Assembly: GCA_032128875.1 (NCBI GenBank)
Contig: JAVLKG010000018.1
Location: forward strand, 12,935-76,934
Direction of reading: 5' to 3'
Length of the DNA stretch: 64,000 bases
From: Candidatus Melainabacteria bacterium 17Bon1m
GTDB taxonomy: Bacteria; Cyanobacteriota; Vampirovibrionia; Obscuribacterales; Obscuribacteraceae
The notes beneath the pieces are model-generated. The model was not told where the DNA came from, did no database searches, and was given only the letters and a program-made list of their open reading frames with translations. The position numbers and the translations under genes were made by a program. Shown piece by piece: positions 48,059 through 57,193 of this stretch (positions within the stretch are counted from its first letter, which is position 1; each line of letters begins with the position of its first letter).

Positions 48059-50407
48059 ATGAGCCGGGTTTCTGAATTTTTATCAGGTGCTAGTAATGCC
48101 GTTCAAGACCATGTTGACGGCTTGCGGCAAATTGCGGGAGCCGAAGTAGACACATCCGGCAGAGAGTCTAGAACGACTGCTGAAAGTATAGGAGCTGCTG
48201 TCGGCGAGTCCGCGCTATTCCTGGCTTCCACCCTGCTCGCTAAAAAAATTCCCGGTGCCGGCAAACTATGCGAAGGTAAGCTTGCCGGTATCGTCGCCGG
48301 TGGCATGCTCGGCTTTACTCAGTCGGTGGATCAGTCGGCGCCTGGTGCACAAAGAACATTCAATACCTTGCTTGGTGCCGGCACGATGGGCATCCTGGAA
48401 TTCGGTCCGGTGGCGGCAGGGCATCTGCCCGGTGTTTTCTCCAGCCAGAAGACTCTGGCTGGAAATGTCGCGCGGGCCGCTCTGGCTAATGGAGCGGCCG
48501 GACTGTTCAATATTCAAGGCCAATCCTATGTAAAAACCGGTCATCCCGCCTCTTTTGATGAATCGCTTGCTGCCACAGGCACCTGGATGCTTACCGGCAG
48601 TGCCTTGAGCGCAGCCGGATTCAAGCTCGATGGGTACAGGCAAAAACTGGATGCGGCGCGGCGCTGGCAAGAAGAACGTCCATGGAAGTACAAGCAGGTG
48701 ATTGAGCTGAATGCTTCCGACTTGCAGGTCGGCGAGCGGCTCTCACCAGGCAGTTACAGAATAGGGTATGAGAGCCAGGGTGCCGGACGAACATTCGACA
48801 TCTATATCTCAGATGGAGCCGCCGCTGCTAAAAAAGCGCCTCTGACCGCATTTTTGCATGGTCTGTCCAGAAACGGTGAATCGACAAGCATCGTCAGAGA
48901 GCTAGAGTTTAACAGGTTGGCCGACGAGAGTGCGGCGATTGTCGCTTATCCCCATGCTAGAGCCGTTCAGCGTGGTCTCTTTCGCGGAATATTTCAAGCC
49001 TGGAACGACAAAAACTTCGGCTTCCTGCGTCACGATAACTCCTACAGTGATGTTGTCGCGTTCAAAGATATGTTGGGCGTGATATCTCGGCATGTGCCTT
49101 ACGCCGATACAAGCAATATTGCTGTGGGAGGCTTTTCACTGGGCGGAAAGATGGCTCACCGCATCGCCGCCCATCTGGATAATGTTTCGACACTCTCGAC
49201 GATTCACAGCACTATCGATTTGTTTGACAAGAAAGCCATCAAAATGGCTGCCGAACGCCATCCGCTCGATGTGCAAATAATTCATGGCAGAAAAGACACC
49301 GTTTTGCCGTTTGCCGGCGGAAAGAGTTTATTCACGGCATTTCTTGCCAATTCCAATTTGTCTCGCCCGAGCCAGCAAGCTGAGTTTTGGGCGGCTTCCA
49401 ACCGCCAGTTGTCTGCTTCTTCGACGTATTCCGATGGCGGACAACGCAGTTTTTCGACTGCTACTCATGACAGAGGGACATTTCGCCAGCGAAGCTTCAA
49501 ATCTTCCAATGGCTATCAGGTCGAAGAATTGGTCACTGCAGATGGTGCACACCGTGTTCATGGTGCAGAGTCCGTTTATGATCTGACTCAAGTTTTAACC
49601 GGTCGTCCGCTGCCGGCATGGAGATTTGATGCCCGTCTTGAAATGTGGCGCTTTCTCATGGATTCGCTAAAGCGGAATGAATCGCGCGTTCAACCTTTTG
49701 CCGCACCGTCCGTGGTCGCATCGAGAGGCGGCGCTTGGCGCAATGCCGACCGCTTAGACGGCGAAATCCTTGACTTTGGGCGGCGCTCGGGCGGATTGTT
49801 GGATGAGCGCTTTGCCGATATCTACCGAGCTGCCCACCGCTCGATTGGCCGCGTAACCAGCGAAGCTTCGACTAGTACCGGTTTTGTAGTCTCTAAGGAC
49901 GGCGCATTTCTTGTCACGGATCACGCTGTGGCGGATGGTCAAAGCACGGTCAGTTTGCCATCCGGAATTTATAAAGCCATTTTGTTGGCGAGGCAAAGAC
50001 GATCAGATTTAGCACTCTTGAAACTGGAGCCAAATCATCCTGATGAACTGTTCAGTCCACTCAAGATCGCTGAAATTCCTGCCCGACTGGCCGAAAAGAG
50101 TTTGGCTGCAGGCTTTCCCGTCGTAAGCGAATTGGTGCCGCCTTACAGGGCGATGACGGGCCGCTTGTTCACTCACAACTCCGAATTCGGTGACTCGATT
50201 GTTCATGAAGGCACTCGATGGGATGGATATTTTATGCGGACTGCCGGCGGTGCTTCCGGCAGTCCGGTAATGAACAGAAATGGCGCTGTCACTGGAATCG
50301 TCTCTTTCAATCGCCGTTTCGGAGATGGTCCTATGCAAGTACACACTACCGGAGCAATCGGCGCGCCAACTCTGCTGCGTTTTTTATCCGAAAATGTCAG
50401 CGTTTAG
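48059..50407 (+). CDS. Fusion: hydrophobic N-terminus + LpqC/PHB-depolymerase-like alpha/beta hydrolase + trypsin-like serine protease
   Basis: FLHG, GFSLG, HGRKD, GAH (esterase); VTDH, DLALL, GASGSP (protease triad). Confidence 0.85.
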   Translation: MSRVSEFLSGASNAVQDHVDGLRQIAGAEVDTSGRESRTTAESIGAAVGESALFLASTLLAKKIPGAGKLCEGKLAGIVAGGMLGFTQSVDQSAPGAQRTFNTLLGAGTMGILEFGPVAAGHLPGVFSSQKTLAGNVARAALANGAAGLFNIQGQSYVKTGHPASFDESLAATGTWMLTGSALSAAGFKLDGYRQKLDAARRWQEERPWKYKQVIELNASDLQVGERLSPGSYRIGYESQGAGRTFDIYISDGAAAAKKAPLTAFLHGLSRNGESTSIVRELEFNRLADESAAIVAYPHARAVQRGLFRGIFQAWNDKNFGFLRHDNSYSDVVAFKDMLGVISRHVPYADTSNIAVGGFSLGGKMAHRIAAHLDNVSTLSTIHSTIDLFDKKAIKMAAERHPLDVQIIHGRKDTVLPFAGGKSLFTAFLANSNLSRPSQQAEFWAASNRQLSASSTYSDGGQRSFSTATHDRGTFRQRSFKSSNGYQVEELVTADGAHRVHGAESVYDLTQVLTGRPLPAWRFDARLEMWRFLMDSLKRNESRVQPFAAPSVVASRGGAWRNADRLDGEILDFGRRSGGLLDERFADIYRAAHRSIGRVTSEASTSTGFVVSKDGAFLVTDHAVADGQSTVSLPSGIYKAILLARQRRSDLALLKLEPNHPDELFSPLKIAEIPARLAEKSLAAGFPVVSELVPPYRAMTGRLFTHNSEFGDSIVHEGTRWDGYFMRTAGGASGSPVMNRNGAVTGIVSFNRRFGDGPMQVHTTGAIGAPTLLRFLSENVSV

Positions 50408-50492
50408 AAGTTGCCCTTTGATTTGACGGGGATTTTATACCGCTACACTTACCTTTGATGCATAAGGTTTTTTCCCACGTGAGCCGGCGAAA

Positions 50493-50738
50493 TTGACAAG
50501 CATCAAGAGTTTTTATGAGCAAATCGAATTCGGGCGTTATTCGATTGGTCCGGCAATTGAAGCGGCTCGAAGGTGCCAAGAATTGACCATTGAGACAGAC
50601 AATAAAGAAAACATCATCGCTATTTCCCATGCGTCCGGTGCGCAAGCACGTCTAAATGAGTCGTACACCATTGCCAAATCAAAAGAGGGATCATTGTGGT
50701 TAGGCGACCGCGCCGGTCTTTGGCATCCGCTCGATTAG
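50493..50738 (+). CDS. Hypothetical protein
   Basis: 81 aa ORF with TTG start in a gap; weak RBS. Confidence 0.4.
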   Translation: MTSIKSFYEQIEFGRYSIGPAIEAARRCQELTIETDNKENIIAISHASGAQARLNESYTIAKSKEGSLWLGDRAGLWHPLD

Positions 50739-50834
50739 CTGATTTGGCAGTCGTGCAGGCGGCAAACAGGTAGATTTCTGGGGATGGACGTGCTCCACTG
50801 GCTAAGCTGGTGGGGCATATCCTTTTGCTGCAAT

Positions 50835-51860
50835 TTAGATGTGGTGCCCGTTGATGCGCAAGCGGCTGACACCGCCGTTGTTGATGTTCAATCGAACATG
50901 AGTGATAGGACCTTTGTGCAACACTTTGTCGTGACCAAAATGATGTTGCTGATGCGGTTGGGTTGCGGTTTTTGCAATTAGTGGTTTCCACTCATAGTCC
51001 GGCCAGGTGAGATAGTCGACTCGGCTGGCTGGTGCATGTAGGCAGTCTATCCATGCTTCTTTCGGCGCGTTTCCTTTGAAGTGATTGGTGTCGATTTCCA
51101 CATTGTCTACCGTTCCGGCTGTGCCGAGTTTTACGATAACCCAGTCATTTCCATCTTCGCGGCGGCGTTTTGTTTCCCAGCCATCGCCCATGTTTACACC
51201 GCGACCTGGATAAATCAAATTGTCCTTGTTGCCAAAAAACATGTCGTTGCAAGCAACAACTGTTCCACCGTGCGTAATCAGTGCTAAATCTGTGATTGTC
51301 TTTTCCGGTACAGCCGCCCAGTCCATGCGAACTTCGCCGAAGACTCGCAGTCGTGCTACACCGCCATCCGGGTAGATACGGAGCCTGACGCACTGCCATA
51401 TTTCAGGACTACCCACTGAAAAAATGTTTTGGCATCCTTGTTTGAGCGGCACACGCGGGAGGATTTCTTGCCACTGCGCATCTTCTTTTGAGATTTTTGC
51501 GATGTCTCGGTGAGCTGGGTCATATCTCAGGGCGTCGAGGGCCGCATAAGGCGGATGATTGCCTAAGAAGTGGTTTGTGTCGATATCGATGCCGCGGATG
51601 ACACATTGAACTCCCAGTTCGATAATTGCGAAATCCATTCCATGGCGGCCGCCTTTTCGTTTCGTTTCCCAGCCGTCGTAGACCTGGCCTGTTTCGTTGA
51701 AGGTGGCCGGAGAAAAGTCACTGCGACCCGGCTTGATTAAGGACTCTTTGGGGGCAAAAAACTCGTCGGATGCAAAGAGGACTTTTCCTCCCAACCGCTC
51801 TTGAGCAACATCGACTAGATTTGCAAAAACGGCTGGTTCTAGATTGAAATTGCGCTCCAT
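50835..51860 (-). CDS. alc: Allantoicase
   Basis: Two allantoicase repeats: SDEFFA, DGWETKR x2, IDTNHF.GN x2, PDGGVARLR. Confidence 0.95.
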   Translation of the reverse strand: MERNFNLEPAVFANLVDVAQERLGGKVLFASDEFFAPKESLIKPGRSDFSPATFNETGQVYDGWETKRKGGRHGMDFAIIELGVQCVIRGIDIDTNHFLGNHPPYAALDALRYDPAHRDIAKISKEDAQWQEILPRVPLKQGCQNIFSVGSPEIWQCVRLRIYPDGGVARLRVFGEVRMDWAAVPEKTITDLALITHGGTVVACNDMFFGNKDNLIYPGRGVNMGDGWETKRRREDGNDWVIVKLGTAGTVDNVEIDTNHFKGNAPKEAWIDCLHAPASRVDYLTWPDYEWKPLIAKTATQPHQQHHFGHDKVLHKGPITHVRLNINNGGVSRLRINGHHI

Positions 51861-52330
51861 TTTGCCCTCCGAGGCTATTTGCTGCTTAACATTTGCTCTT
51901 TACGTTTTCAACAAACTGCAAGTATTGGCGCAGCTGTTTTATCTTGGCTTCTTGCTGAAGCCCTAATTTTCCTAAACTGTGCAAAGTTTAAGATTCAAAG
52001 TGTTTAGCTAAAGTCCTAAAAGCTTTATTTTGCCCTTCTAACTTTACTAAGGTCCAGTGTTACTTTCGCAGCATTTTCAGAAAAACAGGCCACTCTTTCA
52101 CCTCCTTCCCTCATAGGCACATTACCTATTGCGCTCTTTTTGTTTCGTCTTTTGACGAAGTAGATTCGCGCGTGAGGAAAGTGGAGCAGTCGTCTGTGTT
52201 TTCGAGCTGAGAGCAACCCTTAGTCCCGCATGTACTAGTCCGAAAGGAGGTCTTCACCGTCCCGAGAATACTCTTGGCTGCATGGCCTGACGGTGAGCCA
52301 ACAATCGAATAACCAACTGGGAGATTACCC

Positions 52331-52801
52331 ATGCCCAACCCCAATACCCCCGGGGAGGACAACAGGCAGCCAACTCCTCCCGGAAACGGTCGAAATAGAG
52401 CCGCTGACGGCGGTCGTGATGACACCTATTTCGAGAAGCTGCTGAAATACGTGCCTGGTGATATCGTTGCCGCGTTCGTCGCGCTCGATGGCATCATTCG
52501 CGATCAGATCATCCCGCACAACCTCTACCTCCAGTGGGGTGTGTTTTTCGGTCTTCTGATCTTGGCACCGCTCTATGCTGTGTATCGCCCCTCATCTCCA
52601 CCCCCGCCCAACCTGCAGGCAAAACGCTCGTTTCATGCGGTGGCAGCGGTGGTGGCATTCACAGTCTGGGTCTTTGCACTGGGCGGTCCTTTCGCCGCCA
52701 CCTGGCCGGACATCTATCGGCCCGTGTACGGAACCGTTCTGCTGATCTTCACCACGCTAATCATCCCGCTCTTCGAGAAGGTCATTCTCGGACGCGAGTG
52801 A
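52331..52801 (+). CDS. Small 3-4 TM membrane protein
   Basis: GGGAG RBS; KLLKYVPGDIVAAF then hydrophobic helices. Confidence 0.75.
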   Translation: MPNPNTPGEDNRQPTPPGNGRNRAADGGRDDTYFEKLLKYVPGDIVAAFVALDGIIRDQIIPHNLYLQWGVFFGLLILAPLYAVYRPSSPPPPNLQAKRSFHAVAAVVAFTVWVFALGGPFAATWPDIYRPVYGTVLLIFTTLIIPLFEKVILGRE

Positions 52802-52832
52802 TGCAGCAATAGTTTCAACAAGGAACAGCACC

Positions 52833-53603
52833 ATGACTGACATCCGCAATGCCGGTGCCGCGCGTCTGCTCGGCATCGATGTTTCGCGCTATCAGGGCAC
52901 GGTCGACTGGGCGAAAGTGAAGGCGGCTGGATGCAAGTTCGCGTTCATCAAAGCGACCGAGGGACGTACCTGGGTCGACCCGATGTTCGCACGCAACTGG
53001 CGCGAGCTGAAGGAGAAAGGCATCCCCCGCGGTGCCTATCACTTCTTCCGCACGGACGCCCCACTGCAAGCCCAAATCGACAACTTCTGCAACACCGTCG
53101 GCAGCCTGGAAGCAGGCGATTTGCCGCCCGTGCTCGACGTGGAAGTGCCGTCATTCTGGAATCACCTTTCCGTCAAGCAGCGCCTTGACCTCGTCAACGG
53201 CTGGCAGCGCGGTGTTGAGCAGAAACTCGGCGTGAAGCCGATTATCTATCTCAGCACTTCGTTCGCCACCGATGTGTTGAAGGGTGACCAGACGCTTGCC
53301 GCCTACATCCTCTGGCTGGCTCACTACACTGCTCAGCCCAACCCGCGTGTTCCGGCCCCCTGGACCACCTGGGACTTCTGGCAGTGGAGTGAGAATGGTA
53401 CCATCGACGGTATCAAAGACCAGAAGGTCGACATGAACTTCTTCAACGGCACCGAGGCGGACCTTGAGCGCATCAAGGTTCCGGCTCATGCTGTGCGGCA
53501 TCTGCCTGTGCGCAAGCCTGGCGGAACTGGTTGGCGTCGCATCGCCAGCCTGGTCTACTTCACCATCAACGACCTCGTCAACGGGCGCCCGAAGCGCGGT
53601 TGA
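52833..53603 (+). CDS. GH25 lysozyme (muramidase)
   Basis: GIDVSRYQG, KATEG, GAYHFF, LDVE (DxE), WQWS, VDMN; no signal peptide. Confidence 0.95.
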   Translation: MTDIRNAGAARLLGIDVSRYQGTVDWAKVKAAGCKFAFIKATEGRTWVDPMFARNWRELKEKGIPRGAYHFFRTDAPLQAQIDNFCNTVGSLEAGDLPPVLDVEVPSFWNHLSVKQRLDLVNGWQRGVEQKLGVKPIIYLSTSFATDVLKGDQTLAAYILWLAHYTAQPNPRVPAPWTTWDFWQWSENGTIDGIKDQKVDMNFFNGTEADLERIKVPAHAVRHLPVRKPGGTGWRRIASLVYFTINDLVNGRPKRG

Positions 53604-53614
53604 TTGGCGGAGCC

Positions 53615-53677
53615 GTAGGGGCGATGCCATGCATCGCCCGGTTTTAGCGCTTGTTAGGTCGACGCCATGCGTCGACC
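53615..53677 (+). repeat. Two REP-like palindromes (GTAG family)
   Basis: GTAG-GGGCGATGCCATGCATCGCCC and GTTA-GGTCGACGCCATGCGTCGACC. Confidence 0.7.
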
Positions 53678-53801
53678 GCTTTGGACGCAGCAATTACGCT
53701 CGCGTTTTTCTCAACATGAACAGAGCGCGCGGCGCCGCCTCCCGATTCGGTACTTCTCCGATGGAGAGGGGCGGTGCTGCGGCTACCCACAGGGGAAAAG
53801 A

Positions 53802-54707
53802 ATGAACTTGACCATGATTATCTCTATCGGCCTGGCTCTTGCGGCCGTTGGTTTTATCGCGTACCGTGTCCGCTTCTGGATCAACGAAGGAAAGAAGATG
53901 GCGAAGGGTGGCTATCTGCCCCCGCCTCCGACGTTCTTCGGCTCGCTGGCTTACCGGCTGGCAACGAAGCTCGGATGCTTTCTCGTGGTCGGTCCGGTCA
54001 AGGTGATCGGCCGCGAAAACGCCCGTCACCCGGGACGACTCATCGTTGTACCGAACCACCAATTCGAATTCGACTTCGCCGTCACCACGCAGGCGCTGCC
54101 CTATGCCTATCGGCAGTTGGCTGTCGCCAGCGAGGTTAGCGGCATCCGCTCGGCGATTGCTGCCTGGGTCGGATTTTGTGCGGTCGATGGCGAGCGCGGC
54201 AAGGCGAAGGGGAAAGCCGGAGCTGAAGCCGTAATTGAGACCGGTGCGAAAATCCTTACGCATGACAAAGCCTTCCTCATGTTCCCGCAGGGTCTTCTGG
54301 CCCGCGACAACATGCTCCGGAAGGAGGAGTTTCGTACCGGCTGGATTCGCATTTTGAATCGCGCCGGCGAGAGCGTTCCGAAGGAAGAGCTTGCTGCTCT
54401 GCCGATCGGCATCGTCTACCAGCGTGATCCCAAGCGTGCGACCTGGGGTCACCGCTTCGCGAATGCCATCAATTTCCCGGGCTTCCTGCTTCGCCTCATC
54501 GGCTTTGCAGGCTTCCGCGTCTGGGTGTCGAAGGTGACCAACCCGTTGCCCGGTGAGCCCACCAAGATCGTCACGAAGAACTACGGCGCCACCGTGGTCG
54601 TCGGCAAGCCCATTCCGCTGAAAGACTTGCCCGCCGACATTCATGAGGCGACTGAAGTTCTGCGCGCCGCCATTCAGGCAGAGGTCGATAAGGCCAAGGC
54701 CGCGTAA
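53802..54707 (+). CDS. Lysophospholipid acyltransferase (PlsC-like)
   Basis: NHQFEFD (HxxxxD), MFPQG, N-terminal TM. Confidence 0.8.
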   Translation: MNLTMIISIGLALAAVGFIAYRVRFWINEGKKMAKGGYLPPPPTFFGSLAYRLATKLGCFLVVGPVKVIGRENARHPGRLIVVPNHQFEFDFAVTTQALPYAYRQLAVASEVSGIRSAIAAWVGFCAVDGERGKAKGKAGAEAVIETGAKILTHDKAFLMFPQGLLARDNMLRKEEFRTGWIRILNRAGESVPKEELAALPIGIVYQRDPKRATWGHRFANAINFPGFLLRLIGFAGFRVWVSKVTNPLPGEPTKIVTKNYGATVVVGKPIPLKDLPADIHEATEVLRAAIQAEVDKAKAA

Positions 54708-54927
54708 GGTGACGAGCCGCGTTCGTGCGTTTTAGCATGACGCAAGATGAGGTGCGTGCTTGCCAGAATTCTTCGGCAAGCCGCACTGCATCTGGGAAAG
54801 CACGGAGATGACCGCGAGGTTTTTACTGTGCTTTTCCTCTTCGTGATGATGCTATTAAATGCCGTAGTAAGCAACTGCTATTTTTGAATTTTGTAGAATG
54901 GCAATACGACCCTCCCGGTAAGAAATA

Positions 54928-55596
54928 TTGTCGCCAACTTACGCTTCGATTCCAGTAACAATTCAAAAGTTTTTCGATCGTCCATTTTTTCAGGCGATTG
55001 GAATTGGTTTTGCAATTGGTTTCTTTCCAGTAGTGTGCGAACTTGTCACCCTGTCTAGCCTGCCTAGAGTTATTTCGGGCTGGTTTAGTCTTCTTCAGAT
55101 GCTTACATTTGTCTGTAGCTTCTTATTCGCCCTGCTGGGATTAGTTCCAGCACTCACCCTAATGCTCTTCCGGGGAACGCGAAGAACCGCTGGATTGGTT
55201 TGGATCGCCTGCGTTTCTACATTGCTGTTTTCAATTCCTGGGGTTGCTTCCTCGCATCACGTTCGCAAATATGGTTTTGAGCAAATGGCAGAGCGCACAA
55301 AACCACTAATCGCAGCAATCAAAGAATTTGAGCAGCAGGAGGGGCGGGCACCAAATGAGCTGGAAGAACTTGTTCCTAGATACATTGCCGTCGTACCTTC
55401 GACTGGAGTTGGAGCATATCCAGATTATCGCTATGAAAAACTCGAAAAGGACAGCGATCCATGGGAACTTCGAGTTGATTGCGGGCAGGGACTTTTTAAT
55501 TGGGACGAGTTTTACTACCGACCTTCAGAAAAGTATGGAAAACGATATGGTGGATGGGTTGAGCCAATGGGCACATGGGCTTACTTCCACGAGTAA
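54928..55596 (+). CDS. Hypothetical membrane protein
   Basis: Three TMs then G..P..LEELVPRYI motif and C-terminal WAYFHE. Confidence 0.75.
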   Translation: MSPTYASIPVTIQKFFDRPFFQAIGIGFAIGFFPVVCELVTLSSLPRVISGWFSLLQMLTFVCSFLFALLGLVPALTLMLFRGTRRTAGLVWIACVSTLLFSIPGVASSHHVRKYGFEQMAERTKPLIAAIKEFEQQEGRAPNELEELVPRYIAVVPSTGVGAYPDYRYEKLEKDSDPWELRVDCGQGLFNWDEFYYRPSEKYGKRYGGWVEPMGTWAYFHE

Positions 55597-55611
55597 ACGC
55601 GGGTGAAGAAT

Positions 55612-55709
55612 GGGCGCGTGCAACGCGCCCCCACGAATGAACCCCCACGAATGAACCCCCACGAATGCGTCGCCACAATATATCGGTCGACGCATGGCGT
55701 CGACCATAC
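55612..55709 (-). repeat. REP-like palindromes plus 14-bp tandem repeat
   Basis: Minus strand GTAT-GGTCGACGCCATGCGTCGACC (core identical to 53657-53677) and GTGG-GGGCGCGTTGCACGCGCCC; cccccacgaatgaa about x3. Confidence 0.7.
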
Positions 55710-55710
55710 G

Positions 55711-55926
55711 CTAATCTGGAAACGGCTTTACAAGCACTTCTTCGCCGGGTTTTATGGGACCGAGGTGTTGAAGAATTTCTGCGTAGTTTGGATGGCTCTT
55801 TGGATAAGAGAGTTTGCCGACCCCGTATATGCCCGGTCCGACGGCGCGCAGTTTCATCTCGATGGTGCCGTCTTCCGTAATCCAAGCGGTCCCTATGTAT
55901 TCGTCTTCGCTGTCAGAATCAGGCAC
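55711..55926 (-). CDS. Small protein homologous to the N-terminal domain of the upstream peptidase
   Basis: IG.A....DGTI...L ... Y.....Y.EI..HLG....GE...V.P[FW].D shared with ORF 56011-56985. Confidence 0.75.
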   Translation of the reverse strand: MPDSDSEDEYIGTAWITEDGTIEMKLRAVGPGIYGVGKLSYPKSHPNYAEILQHLGPIKPGEEVLVKPFPD

Positions 55927-56010
55927 TTCGCAGTTCCACTTTGCTGGTCAACTGAATAATCGCTTATTCATTTTCGGAGTCTGGTTTGGCGTGACCTTGT
56001 GAAATCACTT

Positions 56011-56985
56011 CTACAATTTTGAAATCTGATCGGTCACAACCTTGATAGTATCAGGGAAGTCTTTCTTCAGAAGAAACTCTCTATAAGTGCTTGTTGCACC
56101 GCCATTGATCACCGCGAACGTTTCTGCAAAAGTCTCCTCTCGTCCGGCGTCGCCTGATTGCAGGAAATAATCTAACGCTTGCTTGTCCGGCGCGGGGACG
56201 TTTCCCGCCTCACGCGTGTAAGCGCTTGTGAAATTGGTCTGGGAAGAAAGATTGTTCAAACGGTCGACTGCGTGCCCGGTTTCGTGACGCGTCAGTCCGG
56301 CGACATCGTTGGTATAAGGTTTTGAGCTGTTTTGTCTCTGCGCGACAATAATGCGTTTGCCTGTAGTATCGTAGGCGCCGTCAACATCATCCCAGCTGCT
56401 GCCGGGTGGCCAGCCGCGTGGCTTCTGCCCCTTCAGCTCTGGCATTACATCAGTCACTTTATCTGTCGGCACAACTTTGACGCCGTCTTTAGACAGTGAA
56501 TCCCGCACATTCTGAGGCAGCGCGTTGTATGTGTCATTGACCGTCTGAGTGAAGTCTGCCGACGGTGCGATTGCTGGAATCGGTGCTGGAGCGTCTTTTG
56601 GAGTCGGTGTCGGATCCGTGATGTCTTGTCGCTGAATCTGGTCGGACCACGGCATGACAGGTTTCACTTCGCCTTGTCGCAAACCGCCAAGGTGGTCTGA
56701 GATTTCTTGGTATTGCTTGTCGGCGCGCGTATATGTTATTTCCGCGTCGGCATCGACGGCTCCGTGATGATGAAGGTTGAGAATGATAGTGCCGTCCGAA
56801 TTCATTGTCGCGACGCCAATCGGCTCTGGCTGCTGGCGCGTAGGCTCTGGGCGACCGCGTCGCGAAGGTCCTGCCTGTGCGAGAAGCATTGAGCTTTCTT
56901 CAGCAAGCGGATTACTTTGCTCAGGGCTTTTGCCCTGCTCATCGGAATTTTCAGCGAATTGCTCGCCTGAAATGCCTGGCCACAT
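56011..56985 (-). CDS. Anthrax lethal factor-like (ATLF/Pro-Pro endopeptidase-type) zinc metallopeptidase
   Basis: PRGW..G.SWDDVDG, HETGHAVD, YF, EETFAETF, FP.T motifs. Confidence 0.82.
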   Translation of the reverse strand: MWPGISGEQFAENSDEQGKSPEQSNPLAEESSMLLAQAGPSRRGRPEPTRQQPEPIGVATMNSDGTIILNLHHHGAVDADAEITYTRADKQYQEISDHLGGLRQGEVKPVMPWSDQIQRQDITDPTPTPKDAPAPIPAIAPSADFTQTVNDTYNALPQNVRDSLSKDGVKVVPTDKVTDVMPELKGQKPRGWPPGSSWDDVDGAYDTTGKRIIVAQRQNSSKPYTNDVAGLTRHETGHAVDRLNNLSSQTNFTSAYTREAGNVPAPDKQALDYFLQSGDAGREETFAETFAVINGGATSTYREFLLKKDFPDTIKVVTDQISKL

Positions 56986-57193
56986 TTTTATCGGAGTTGT
57001 GCATAAAGGGACGATCTTGCCTAGACCATAGCCCCAAAACTAAAAATGAAGAACACGGTTTCCCACACAGGGTGGTGAGACGTTGGCTGGCCGGGCTTTT
57101 GCGAATTCATGAGACGAAAAACCTGGCGCTTATATGGATATGGATTTACCATTCGGTACTGTTTTGACACTTTAACCTTAAGCAGGTTTGTTC

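Noticed and set aside
40753-53603. Prophage suggested by the SLT and GH25 genes
   Set aside because: No capsid, terminase, tail or integrase genes; the intervening genes are host-type.
55626-55670. CRISPR-like repeat
   Set aside because: 14-bp head-to-tail repeat without spacers; no cas genes.
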